DNA from: an uncultured Chloroflexia bacterium
GTDB taxonomy: Bacteria > Chloroflexota > Limnocylindria > Limnocylindrales > CSP1-4
Direction: 5' to 3'
DNA length: 64,000 bases
NCBI GenBank assembly: GCA_963734535.1
Contig: CAVTHS010000003.1
Span: forward strand, 32,001 to 96,000
Every line of letters begins with the position of its first letter. Position 1 is the first letter of the stretch. The position numbers and the translations under genes are program-made. Shown here piece by piece: positions 32,663 to 41,720 of the stretch. Under the pieces are notes generated by a model, which worked only from the letters and a program-made list of their open reading frames with translations, was not told where the DNA came from and searched no databases.

Positions 32663-33913
32663 ATGATGACGCCGCCGAACGGCCCGAACGGACGCGTCTT
32701 CCTCGTCTCCGCCGCCCGGACGCCCATCGGCAAGTTCGGTGGGGGCCTCGCGAACGTCCCGGCGACCGAGCTCGGCGCTGTCGCGATCCGGGCCGCGGTC
32801 GAGCGCGCGGGCCTCCCCGTCGACGCGGTCATCGACGAGGTGTACATGGGGCAGGTGCTCCAGGCGGGCGCCGGCCAGGCACCGGCACGCCAGGCGGCGC
32901 TCTCGGCCGGGCTCCCAGCGTCGACGCCGGCCACGACGATCAACCGCGTCTGCGGCTCGGGGCTCAAGGCCGTCATGCTGGCCGCGGCCGCGATCAAGGC
33001 GGGCGACGCCGACCTCGTGGTGGCCGGCGGCATGGAGTCGATGAACCGGGCCCCATTCCTGCTGGAGAAGGCGCGCTTCGGCTACCGGCTCGGCGACGGG
33101 GCGCTCAGGGACGCGGCGGTCCTCGACGGCCTGTGGTGCTCGATCGAGGGCTGCCACATGGGGACCCACGCGGAGCGCGTGGCCCTCTCCGACAGCGTGT
33201 CGCGAGAGGACCAGGACGCGTTCGCGCTGGAGAGCCACCGCCGGGCGGTCGCCGCCCAGGACGCCGGCCGCTTCGCCGACGAGCTCGTGCCGGTGACGGT
33301 CCGCGACGAGCGTGGGCGGGAGACGGTCGTGGCGGCCGACGAGTCGCCGCGGCGCGATTCGACCGCGGAGGCGCTTGCTCGGCTCAGGCCGGTCTTCGCC
33401 CAGCCCGATCCCGACCCTCGCGACCCGGACGTGCCGCCCGCCGGGCCAGGCACGGTCACGGCCGGCAACGCGCCCGGGATCACCGACGGCGGCGCGGCGA
33501 CGGTCGTGGCCAGCGAGCGCGCGGTGGAGCGCAACGGTCTGCAACCGCTGGCGCGGATCGTCGGGTACGCCCAGGGCGAGGTCGAGCCGCGCTGGCTCTT
33601 CCTGGCGCCCGTCGCGGGGGTCCGCGCCCTCACGGCGCGGACGGGGCTCGGGGTCGACGCGTTCGACCTGGTGGAGATCAACGAGGCGTTCGCCGCCCAG
33701 GCCCTGGCCGACGGGCGCAAGCTCGGATTCGACTGGGCGAAGGTCAACGTGAACGGCGGGGCGATCGCGCTGGGACACCCGATCGGCGCGTCGGGCGCCC
33801 GGATCGTGGCCACGCTGCTCCACGAGCTGCGCCGGCGGCAGGCGAGATACGGCCTCGCGACGCTCTGCCTGGGCGGCGGGGGATCGGTGGCCATGGCATT
33901 CGAACGTGCCTGA
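32663..33913 (+). CDS. Acetyl-CoA C-acetyltransferase (thiolase)
   Basis: NRVCGSG, GGMESM, NEAFAAQ, GHPIGASG, LCLGGG. Confidence 0.95.
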   Translation: MMTPPNGPNGRVFLVSAARTPIGKFGGGLANVPATELGAVAIRAAVERAGLPVDAVIDEVYMGQVLQAGAGQAPARQAALSAGLPASTPATTINRVCGSGLKAVMLAAAAIKAGDADLVVAGGMESMNRAPFLLEKARFGYRLGDGALRDAAVLDGLWCSIEGCHMGTHAERVALSDSVSREDQDAFALESHRRAVAAQDAGRFADELVPVTVRDERGRETVVAADESPRRDSTAEALARLRPVFAQPDPDPRDPDVPPAGPGTVTAGNAPGITDGGAATVVASERAVERNGLQPLARIVGYAQGEVEPRWLFLAPVAGVRALTARTGLGVDAFDLVEINEAFAAQALADGRKLGFDWAKVNVNGGAIALGHPIGASGARIVATLLHELRRRQARYGLATLCLGGGGSVAMAFERA

Positions 33914-35549
33914 GGAGATGGGTCCGAGGGCCCGACCCGGATGGAGCCAGGACGCGGGCGACAGTCGCCGGCTCGACGACGCGAGCGATCGCCCGTTCTG
34001 GAGGCGTGACGACGCGCCGGTCGCCGACGACCGGCGCCGGCTCGGCGATCGCGATCGTCACCAGGTCGCCGGTCGGCACTTCATCGCCGGCGAGTGGATC
34101 GACGCGAGCTCCGGCCGCACCTTCGAGAGCCGCAACCCCGCGAACCGCGGCGACCTGGTGGGCCAGTTCCAGGCCGGGACGCCGGCTGACGTGGCGATGG
34201 CGATCCGCGCCGCGGAGACTGCGCTCCCGGCATGGCGTGCCACGCCCGCCCCGCGGCGCGGCGAGATCCTGTTCCGCTACGCGAGCCTGCTCCGGCGGGA
34301 CAAGGAGCGCCTGGCGCGGGCGCTGACCCGCGAGATGGGCAAGGTCCTCCCCGAGGCGCGCGGCGACGTCCAGGAGGCAATCGACATCGCCGAGCTCATG
34401 GCCGGCGAGGGGCGCCGGATGTTCGGCGACACGGTGCCCTCCGAGCTTCCCGACAAGTGGGCCATGAGCATCCGCCAGCCGATCGGGGTCGCCGGGATCA
34501 TCACGCCGTGGAACTTCCCGATGGCGATCCCGGCCTGGAAGACCATGCCCGCCCTGGTTGCCGGGAACACGGTCGTCTTCAAGCCCGCGTCCGACACGCC
34601 GAGCTGCGCGACGCTCATGGTCGAGCTGATGGCGGAGGCCGGGGTCCCGGCCGGCGTCGTGAACCTCGTGACCGGCGGTGGCGCGGAGGTCGGTGATGCG
34701 ATCGTCGAGTCGCCCGACGTGCCCGTGATCTCGTTCACGGGATCGTCGGTCACGGGCAGGCGGATCGCCGAGCGCGCCGGCCGGCGCCTGAAGCGCGTCG
34801 CGCTCGAGCTCGGCGGGAAGAACGCCATCGTCGTCCTCGCCGATGCCGACCTCGACCTCGCGGTCGACGGGATCATCTGGTCCGCGTTCGGGACCACCGG
34901 GCAGCGCTGCACCGCGTGCAGCCGGGTCGTCGTCGAGCGATCCGTCTCGTCGCGACTCCTCGAGAAGCTGGAGGCCCGGACGCGCGCCCTCCGCCTCGGG
35001 GACGGCACGGATCCGGCGACCGACGTCGGGCCGCTCATCAACGAGGCGGCCCGCACGAAGGTCGAGGGATACGTGGAGGTCGGGCGCCGGGAGGGAGAGC
35101 TCGTCTGCGGCGGGCGAGCCGCGAGGGGTCCCGGGCTCGACGCCGGCGTGTTCTACGAGCCCACGATCTTCGCGGGCGTGCAGCCGATGGCCCGGATCGC
35201 CCAGGAGGAGATCTTCGGACCGGTGCTGTCGGTCATCCAGGTCGAGGACTACGGGGCGGCGATGACCGCCGTGAACCAGGTGCGTTACGGGCTCTCCTCG
35301 TCGATCTACACGACCGACGTCAACACGGCCTTCCGCGCCATGCGGGATCTCGAGACCGGCCTCGTCTACGTCAACGCGGGCACGATCGGCGCCGAGACGC
35401 ATCTCCCGTTCGGCGGCTGGAAGGAGACCGGGAACGGGCACCGCGAAGCCGGCCACGCCGCGCTCGACACGTTCACCGAGTGGAAGTCGATCTACGTGGA
35501 CTTCTCCGGCCGGCTTCAGCGGGCACAGATCGACAACCAGCCGGGCTGA
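33906..35549 (+). CDS. Aldehyde dehydrogenase
   Basis: ITPWNFP, FTGS, LELGGKN, GQRCTA, EEIFGP, PFGG. Start uncertain. Confidence 0.92.
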   Translation: MPEEMGPRARPGWSQDAGDSRRLDDASDRPFWRRDDAPVADDRRRLGDRDRHQVAGRHFIAGEWIDASSGRTFESRNPANRGDLVGQFQAGTPADVAMAIRAAETALPAWRATPAPRRGEILFRYASLLRRDKERLARALTREMGKVLPEARGDVQEAIDIAELMAGEGRRMFGDTVPSELPDKWAMSIRQPIGVAGIITPWNFPMAIPAWKTMPALVAGNTVVFKPASDTPSCATLMVELMAEAGVPAGVVNLVTGGGAEVGDAIVESPDVPVISFTGSSVTGRRIAERAGRRLKRVALELGGKNAIVVLADADLDLAVDGIIWSAFGTTGQRCTACSRVVVERSVSSRLLEKLEARTRALRLGDGTDPATDVGPLINEAARTKVEGYVEVGRREGELVCGGRAARGPGLDAGVFYEPTIFAGVQPMARIAQEEIFGPVLSVIQVEDYGAAMTAVNQVRYGLSSSIYTTDVNTAFRAMRDLETGLVYVNAGTIGAETHLPFGGWKETGNGHREAGHAALDTFTEWKSIYVDFSGRLQRAQIDNQPG

Positions 35550-35653
35550 CCTGGCGGCGCCCGTCATGGCGCGTCACCCGGCCCGCCGGGCGGGCACCTG
35601 GCGAGCTGGCTGGGCGACGGCGGGCCGCCATCTTTGCTAGACTCCGCCGTCGC

Positions 35654-35728
35654 GGGCCCGTAGCTCAACGGTAGAGCGGGGGACTCTTAATCCCTAGGTT
35701 CAGAGTTCGAATCTCTGCGGGCTCACCA
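35654..35728 (+). tRNA. tRNA-Lys (anticodon CTT)
   Basis: Acceptor stem GGGCCCG/CGGGCTC, D arm AGCTCAACGGTAGAGC, anticodon loop CTCTTAA, T loop GTTCGAATC, encoded CCA. Confidence 0.95.
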
Positions 35729-35743
35729 GATCACGCGCTCGAG

Positions 35744-35774
35744 GCGCCCCTCCCGGTTCGCCGGTGAGGGGCGC
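35744..35774 (+). terminator. GC hairpin downstream of the tRNA
   Basis: GCGCCCCTC...GAGGGGCGC stem; no U-tract. Confidence 0.35.
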
Positions 35775-35795
35775 GTCCGTCCCCGGAGGTGCCAC

Positions 35796-36254
35796 CTGGA
35801 CGCTCAGCCGATCGAGGTCTCGTGGATCGAGCTGGACCGGCTCGTGGCACGGCTGGCCGAGGCGATCGGGCGCCAGTACGACCTCGTGCTGGCGATCACG
35901 CGCGGCGGGCTCGTGCCGGCGGGCATGCTGGGCTACCGGCTGGACCTTCGCGAGATCCTGGTGGCCGGCGTCGAGTTCTACCGCCACGGCGGTGGGACGC
36001 ATCCCGCGCCTGTTGTCACGCACTTCCCGACAGCAGAGCTGCTCCGCGGTCGGCGCGTCCTCGTGATCGACGAGGTCTGGGAGACGGGGGAGACGATGGC
36101 GGAGGTGGAGCGCCGGGTCCGTGAGGCCGGCGGGATCGTCACCACCGCCGTGGTCCACTACAAGCCGGGCCGGTCGCGCGTCCCGCTGACGCCGGACTAT
36201 TACGCGGCGCTCGCGGATGGCTGGGTGACCTACCCGTACAAGGCCGGCGGGTAG
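35796..36254 (+). CDS. Purine phosphoribosyltransferase (Gpt/Hpt-like)
   Basis: LAITRGGLVPA, VLVIDEVWETGET, PDYY, WVTYP. In-frame CTG at 35796 follows GGAGGT. Confidence 0.82.
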   Translation: MDAQPIEVSWIELDRLVARLAEAIGRQYDLVLAITRGGLVPAGMLGYRLDLREILVAGVEFYRHGGGTHPAPVVTHFPTAELLRGRRVLVIDEVWETGETMAEVERRVREAGGIVTTAVVHYKPGRSRVPLTPDYYAALADGWVTYPYKAGG

Positions 36255-36342
36255 GGCGCGAACGCCGTCGGGCGTGGCGCATGTGGCTGGGACACCCGCC
36301 TTGCCCGGGCCGATCCCGTGCTACCCTTCGGCCGTCCTTGCA

Positions 36343-36383
36343 GCCGGTCCCGTGAGGCCGGCGTACCGGTCCTGAGAGGCCGG
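36343..36383 (+). promoter_or_regulatory. Tandem PyrR-binding-type RNA stem-loops in the carAB leader
   Basis: GCCGGTCCCGTGAGGCCGGC and CCGGTCCTGAGAGGCCGG resemble the PyrR site consensus (RUCC-NGNGA-GGYU). A GC-rich tract ending in TTTT follows before carA. Confidence 0.72.
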
Positions 36384-36460
36384 AAGGGAGGCATCGTGCG
36401 CACGTCGAGCCACGTCCGCCGCGCCCAACGGGCCGGTGGCGTTTTCATGTCCGGGGACCG

Positions 36461-37654
36461 ATGACGGTCCGACCCGCCGGTGCGCCGCGGCTCGTCCCGC
36501 CGTCGCCGGATCCCGACCTGATCGTCGATCCCCGGATCGGGGCGCGTGGGTCCGCGCTGCTCGCGCTCGAGGATGGCACGGTCTTCGCCGGGATTGCCTT
36601 CGGCGCCGATGTCGCGGCCGGCGGCGACCTCGTCGTGAACACGAGCCAGACCGGGTACCAGGAGGTTTGCACCGACCCGTCGTACGCGGGCCAGGTGGTC
36701 GTGATGACCTACCCGCTGATCGGCAACTACGGGCGCCTCCGCGGCGATGACCAGTCCGAGCGGCCGTGGCTCCGGGGGCTCGTCGTGGCAACGGCAACCG
36801 CCGCCGTCCTCGACGATGCCCGCCAGCTGGCCGCGCTCCTGCGGGACGCAGGAATTCCCGCGATCGCGGGCGTCGATACGCGCTCGCTTGCCCGCCACCT
36901 CCGTGCCCGCGGCTGCCTGCGCGGGATCCTGACCGCCCCCGGGGATACGGATCCCGTCGCCGCGGTCGCGGCGGCCCGCGGCCTGCCGCGCTGGGAGGAC
37001 CAGGACTTCGTCGGGCAGGTCTCGCCCACGGACGTCGTGGAGGTCGGCGACGCGGCAGCGGAGCCGGATGCCCCGCTCGTCGCGATCGTCGACTTCGGCC
37101 TCAAGGCGAACATCGTCAGGAGCCTCCGCCGGCGCGGCGCGCGCGTCCGGATCGTGCCCTCGACCGCGACGGCCGCCACCCTGCTGGCGCCCGAGATCGA
37201 TGGCATCGTGCTCTCGCCCGGACCTGGCGATCCCGCCCGGCTCGCCGGACCGGTCGACGTCGCTCGCAGCCTGATCGCGGACGGCCGCCCATTGCTGGGG
37301 ATCTGCCTGGGCCACCAGATCGTGGCTCGTGCGGCTGGGGCGGACACGGGGCGCCTCCGCTTCGGGCACCACGGCGCAAACCACCCGGTCCGGGACGTGG
37401 AGCTGGGGCTTGTCCAGGTGACGGCCCAGAACCACGAGGTCACCGTGGACGCGGCCTCGCTCCCGGCGGCGGGCGGGTTCGTCGTGAGCCAGGTGAACCT
37501 CAACGACGGCTCCGTGGAAGGGCTGCGCCACCGTTCGCTCCCGATCGAGACGGTGCAGTACCACCCCGAAGGCGCGCCCGGGCCCCTCGACGCCCTGGCG
37601 GTCTTCGACCGGTTCGTCGCCGCGGCTCGGGTGCGATCGGGGCGGCCCGGGTGA
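36461..37654 (+). CDS. carA: Carbamoyl-phosphate synthase small subunit
   Basis: GYQEVCTDPSY, YPLIGNYG, SPGPGDP, GICLGHQ, GHHGANHPV, QYHPE. Confidence 0.95.
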   Translation: MTVRPAGAPRLVPPSPDPDLIVDPRIGARGSALLALEDGTVFAGIAFGADVAAGGDLVVNTSQTGYQEVCTDPSYAGQVVVMTYPLIGNYGRLRGDDQSERPWLRGLVVATATAAVLDDARQLAALLRDAGIPAIAGVDTRSLARHLRARGCLRGILTAPGDTDPVAAVAAARGLPRWEDQDFVGQVSPTDVVEVGDAAAEPDAPLVAIVDFGLKANIVRSLRRRGARVRIVPSTATAATLLAPEIDGIVLSPGPGDPARLAGPVDVARSLIADGRPLLGICLGHQIVARAAGADTGRLRFGHHGANHPVRDVELGLVQVTAQNHEVTVDAASLPAAGGFVVSQVNLNDGSVEGLRHRSLPIETVQYHPEGAPGPLDALAVFDRFVAAARVRSGRPG

Positions 37655-40600
37655 GCTCGCCGCCGATCCCGCGCTCCACCGCGCCGAAGCTGCCCGCGGA
37701 GGCGGCGACGGCGACCCCGGCCGTGGTCGCGCCGGCCACGCCAGCCGTCGCGACGCCGGCCACGCCAGCCGTCGCGGCGATGCGTCCGCCGAAGCCGCGC
37801 TCGGTCCTGATCATCGGCTCGGGACCGGTCGTGATCGGACAGGCCGCCGAGTTCGACTACGCGGGTACCCAGGCCTGCCGCGCCCTTCGGGCGGAGGGTA
37901 TTCGGACGATCCTCGTGAACTCCAATCCGGCCACGATCATGACCGACCCCACGGTCGCCGACGCCGTCTACCTCGAGCCGCTCACGGTCGCGGCGATCGA
38001 GGCGGTGATCGCGCGCGAGAAGCCGGATGGCCTCCTGGCCGGGCTCGGCGGCCAGACCGCGCTGAACCTTGCGATGGCGCTCGCGCAGGCCGGGGTCCTG
38101 GAACGCCATGGGGTTCGGCTCCTGGGCACGCCGCTCCGGGCGATCGAGATGGCCGAGGACCGCCTCCAGTTCCGCGACCTGCTCGACCGGCTGGGCCAGC
38201 CCTACGCGCCCTCGGCGATCGTCGAGGGCGCAACGGAGGCCGAACGCGCCGCCTCGATCGAGCGAGCGCTGACCCAGATCGGGCTCCCGGCGATCATCCG
38301 GCCGGCCTTCACGCTCGGCGGGACCGGTGGCGGGATCGTCGAGACGGAGGCCGACTATCGCGCGGGCGTGCGAACCGGCCTTCGTGCCAGCCCCATCCAC
38401 CAGGTCATGGTCGAGCAGTGCCTGGTCGGCTGGCAGGAGATCGAGTACGAGGTGATGCGCGACCACGAGGACACGTGCATCGCGGTGTGCTCGATGGAGA
38501 ACGTCGATCCGCTCGGCGTCCATACCGGCGATTCGATCGTCGTGGCGCCGGTCCAGACGCTGCCGGACCCCGTCCACCAGCGCCTCCGAAGCGCGGCGCT
38601 CGTGATCATCCGCGGCCTCGGCGTCGAGGGCGGGTGCAACGTCCAGTTCGCGCTGAGCCCGGACTCCCGTGACTACGCGGTGATCGAGGTGAACCCGCGG
38701 GTCAGCCGAAGCTCCGCGCTCGCGAGCAAGGCCACCGGCTATCCCATCGCCCGCGTCGCCGCCCAGATCGCGATCGGCCGGACCCTCGCGGAGATCCCGA
38801 ACGTCGTGACCGGGACCACGGTGGCGGCCTTCGAGCCGGCGCTGGACTACCTCGTCGTGAAGCTGCCGCGCTTCCCGTTCGACAAGTTCCCGCGCGCGGA
38901 CCGGACCCTGGGCAGCCAGATGAAGGCGACCGGCGAGGTCATGGCGATCGACCGGACGTTCGGCGCGGCGTTGAACAAGGCGCTTCGCGGCCTGGAGCAG
39001 GCGGGCGCCGGCCCGCTGGCCGAGGACCCGGCCTGGGCGCCGACGATGGCGTACCTGGCCGCGGCGCTCGCCGGCGAGGACCTCGACGCGGCGGACACGG
39101 TAATCCGCTGGATCGACGAGAACGGCAACGCCTGCGAGTCGAGCCGGCTCGCCCAGCGCACCGCCGCCCCGATCGTCCTGCGCCGGTTCCTCGCGCCGTC
39201 CGACAACCGGCTCTGGCGCATCCTGGGCCTGCTTCGTCGCGGCGTGCCCGAGGCGGCCCTCGTCACGGCAACCGGGATCAACCCGTGGTTCGTCTCGGAG
39301 CTCGGCCGCTCGATCGCCCTGGAAGGGCGCCTGCGCGCCGCCGGGCCGGCGCTGCTGGCTGCCGGCCCGGCCGCGGACGGCCTGCCGGCCGACGCGGCCA
39401 TGGCGACGCTCCTCGCGACGGCGAAGCGGGCATCGCTCGGCGACCGCGAGATCGCGGCGCTCGCCGGCGTCGGGGAGCCGGATGTCGCCGCCGTCCGGCG
39501 CGCGTTGGGCCTCGTCCCGGGCTTCGCGATGGTCGACACGTGCGCCGCCGAGTTCGCCGCGGAGACGCCGTACTTCTACGCCACCTACGCCGCGGCCGGC
39601 TCTCCGGCGGAGGCGCCACCGGTCGAGCGGCCAGCGGCGCTCGTGATCGGCAGCGGGCCGGTCCGGATCGGGCAGGGGATCGAGTTCGACTACTGCGCCG
39701 TCCGTGCCGCCGAGAGCCTCCGGTCACTCGGCTGGCGGGCGGTCATGGTGAACTCGAACCCGGAGACGGTCTCGACCGACTTCGATGCCTCGAGCCGGCT
39801 CTACTTCGAGCCCCTGGACGTCGAGTCCGTCAGCGAGGTGATCGCCGCGGAGACGCCGCCCGGCGCGGTGCCGCTGCCCGCGTTCGTCCAGTTCGGCGGT
39901 CAGACGCCCCTCAACCTGGCAGGGGCGCTCGCCGCGGCCCGCGTCCCGCTGCTCGGCGCGTCGCTCGAGACGATCGACCAGGCCGAGGATCGCGTCCGCT
40001 TCAGCGCGCTCGTGGAACGGCTCGGGATCCCGCAGCCGGAGGGCGGGATGGCCCGCTCCATCGAAGAGGCCGAGGCGCTTGCCGACCGCGTGGGTTACCC
40101 GGTGATCGTCCGCCCGTTGTTCGTGATCGGCGGGCTGGCGATCGACTTCGCCTATTCGCGCGACGACCTGATCACGCAGCTGGCGGCGGCCACGGTCGTC
40201 GACCCGGACCGGCCGGTGCGGATCGACCGCTACCTCGAGGGCGTGGAGGTCGATGTGGATGCCGTCGCGGACGGCCAGACGGTCCTGATTCCCGGTCTCC
40301 TCGAGCAGGTCGAGCGCGCCGGCGTCCACTCGGGCGATTCGGTGGGGGTCTTCCCGCCGCAGGCCGTGAGCGAGGCGGACCAGGCTCTGATCGTGGCGTC
40401 GATGGAGCGGATCGTGCGGGCGCTCGGCGTGCGCGGGCTGGTCAATGCCCAGTTCATCGTCCGCGAGGATGGCGTCTACCTGATCGAGGTGAACCCGCGC
40501 GCCAGCCGGACGGTGCCCTTCATGAGCAAGGTGACGGGCGTCCCGCTCGTGGACCTCGCCGTCCGCATCGCGCTCGGCCAGACGCTCCGCGAGCACGGCT

Positions 40601-41301
40601 GGCCGAACGGGCTGCTCCCACCGCCGGGGTTCGTCGCCGTCAAGGCGCCCGCCTTCTCGACGACGAAGCTGCGCGGGGTCGACCCATCGCTCGGCCCGTT
40701 CATGCAGTCGACCGGCGAGGTGATCGGGATCCATGCCGACGCCCGCGTCGCGACGGCCAAGGCGCTCCTGGCCGCGTCGCTGGTTCCGCCGACGCCAGGC
40801 GAGGAAGGCGCCCTTGCGCTCCTCTCGGTCGCGGACCGCGACAAGCCCCTGGTGCCGGCCCTCGCCGCAGCGCTCGCGCGCGCGGGCTACCGGTTCGCGG
40901 CGACCGCGGGAACGCGTGCCGCGCTGCGCGGCCTGGGGTGGGAAGCGGAAGCCGTCGCGAAAGTCGGCGGGGCGGCCGGTCCGGGCGAGATCGCGATCCT
41001 GGACCTCATCGCCTCGGGCCGCGTCCGGCTCGTCGTCAACACGCCGACCCCGCGCTCGGGGCCGGTGCGCGACGCGGCCGAGATCCGCCTGGCTGCGATC
41101 GCCGAGGGCGTCCTGTGCCTGACGGCGATGGAGACCGCCGTCGCGGCCGCGCAGGCGCTCGACCCGGACCTCGCGGAGCGCCTCTCCGATGTCCAGCCGC
41201 TGGATGCCTGGGTGCCCGCGCCAGGCGTCGCACCTGGCCGGGCGCAGGATATTGCGAGCGGTGCGGCATCCGTCGGAGCCGCGGCGAACCGTCCGGTATG
41301 A
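37651..41301 (+). CDS. carB: Carbamoyl-phosphate synthase large subunit
   Basis: IGSGPVVIGQAAEFDYAG, NSNPATIMTD, two ATP-grasp halves (IEVNPR twice), C-terminal MGS domain. GTGA overlap with carA. Confidence 0.95.
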   Translation: MSSPPIPRSTAPKLPAEAATATPAVVAPATPAVATPATPAVAAMRPPKPRSVLIIGSGPVVIGQAAEFDYAGTQACRALRAEGIRTILVNSNPATIMTDPTVADAVYLEPLTVAAIEAVIAREKPDGLLAGLGGQTALNLAMALAQAGVLERHGVRLLGTPLRAIEMAEDRLQFRDLLDRLGQPYAPSAIVEGATEAERAASIERALTQIGLPAIIRPAFTLGGTGGGIVETEADYRAGVRTGLRASPIHQVMVEQCLVGWQEIEYEVMRDHEDTCIAVCSMENVDPLGVHTGDSIVVAPVQTLPDPVHQRLRSAALVIIRGLGVEGGCNVQFALSPDSRDYAVIEVNPRVSRSSALASKATGYPIARVAAQIAIGRTLAEIPNVVTGTTVAAFEPALDYLVVKLPRFPFDKFPRADRTLGSQMKATGEVMAIDRTFGAALNKALRGLEQAGAGPLAEDPAWAPTMAYLAAALAGEDLDAADTVIRWIDENGNACESSRLAQRTAAPIVLRRFLAPSDNRLWRILGLLRRGVPEAALVTATGINPWFVSELGRSIALEGRLRAAGPALLAAGPAADGLPADAAMATLLATAKRASLGDREIAALAGVGEPDVAAVRRALGLVPGFAMVDTCAAEFAAETPYFYATYAAAGSPAEAPPVERPAALVIGSGPVRIGQGIEFDYCAVRAAESLRSLGWRAVMVNSNPETVSTDFDASSRLYFEPLDVESVSEVIAAETPPGAVPLPAFVQFGGQTPLNLAGALAAARVPLLGASLETIDQAEDRVRFSALVERLGIPQPEGGMARSIEEAEALADRVGYPVIVRPLFVIGGLAIDFAYSRDDLITQLAAATVVDPDRPVRIDRYLEGVEVDVDAVADGQTVLIPGLLEQVERAGVHSGDSVGVFPPQAVSEADQALIVASMERIVRALGVRGLVNAQFIVREDGVYLIEVNPRASRTVPFMSKVTGVPLVDLAVRIALGQTLREHGWPNGLLPPPGFVAVKAPAFSTTKLRGVDPSLGPFMQSTGEVIGIHADARVATAKALLAASLVPPTPGEEGALALLSVADRDKPLVPALAAALARAGYRFAATAGTRAALRGLGWEAEAVAKVGGAAGPGEIAILDLIASGRVRLVVNTPTPRSGPVRDAAEIRLAAIAEGVLCLTAMETAVAAAQALDPDLAERLSDVQPLDAWVPAPGVAPGRAQDIASGAASVGAAANRPV

Positions 41302-41380
41302 GCTTCACCCTGGCCCCTGCTCCCGCGCTGATCGCGATGAGCGGCCGCGTTTGACGGCCGGAGGCCGGCCGCGGGTTCCG

Positions 41381-41668
41381 TCAGGCCCGGAGCGGGCTCG
41401 GTCGCTCCGTCTCGTGGGTCGCCGAGCCCTCCACGAAGCGTCCCAGCGCCATGAGCGCGTGCCCGAGCCGTGACCGAACCGGTGCGCGGCGCCCGCGCCC
41501 GGCCAGCCGTTCGTGCTGCGCCTCCGTGCGAAGCCGCGTCATCCGGTATGCAACCTCGACCGCCATGCGTGCGTCCCCTCCAGTCGCGTCGTGCGTGTTC
41601 GCGTGGGCCGGCGCGCGCCCGGGATCGATCCCGTTGCTCATCGCGTCGTCCTCTCGTAAGGTGTCCAT
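41381..41668 (-). CDS. Small hypothetical protein downstream of the ArsR-type gene
   Basis: RLRTEAQHERLA...RSRLGHALMALG; same orientation as the regulator. Start may be at 41641. Confidence 0.55.
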   Translation of the reverse strand: MDTLREDDAMSNGIDPGRAPAHANTHDATGGDARMAVEVAYRMTRLRTEAQHERLAGRGRRAPVRSRLGHALMALGRFVEGSATHETERPSPLRA

Positions 41669-41720
41669 CTAACTCGTGTATGTGATGCCGCCCGCCGGCC
41701 AGGTCGGCGAAGGTCCATCC

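Noticed and set aside
35654-36254. tRNA-Lys as an integration site
   Set aside because: No integrase or duplicated tRNA 3' end seen; flanking genes are housekeeping.
35796-36254. PRTase considered as PyrR
   Set aside because: Motifs (TRGGLVP, PDYY, WVTYP) fit Gpt/Hpt-like enzymes; PyrR-specific motifs are absent.
37700-37780. ATPAV repeats at the carB N-terminus, and similar short coding repeats near 23320, 48000 and 57200
   Set aside because: Ordinary slippage repeats in low-complexity linkers.
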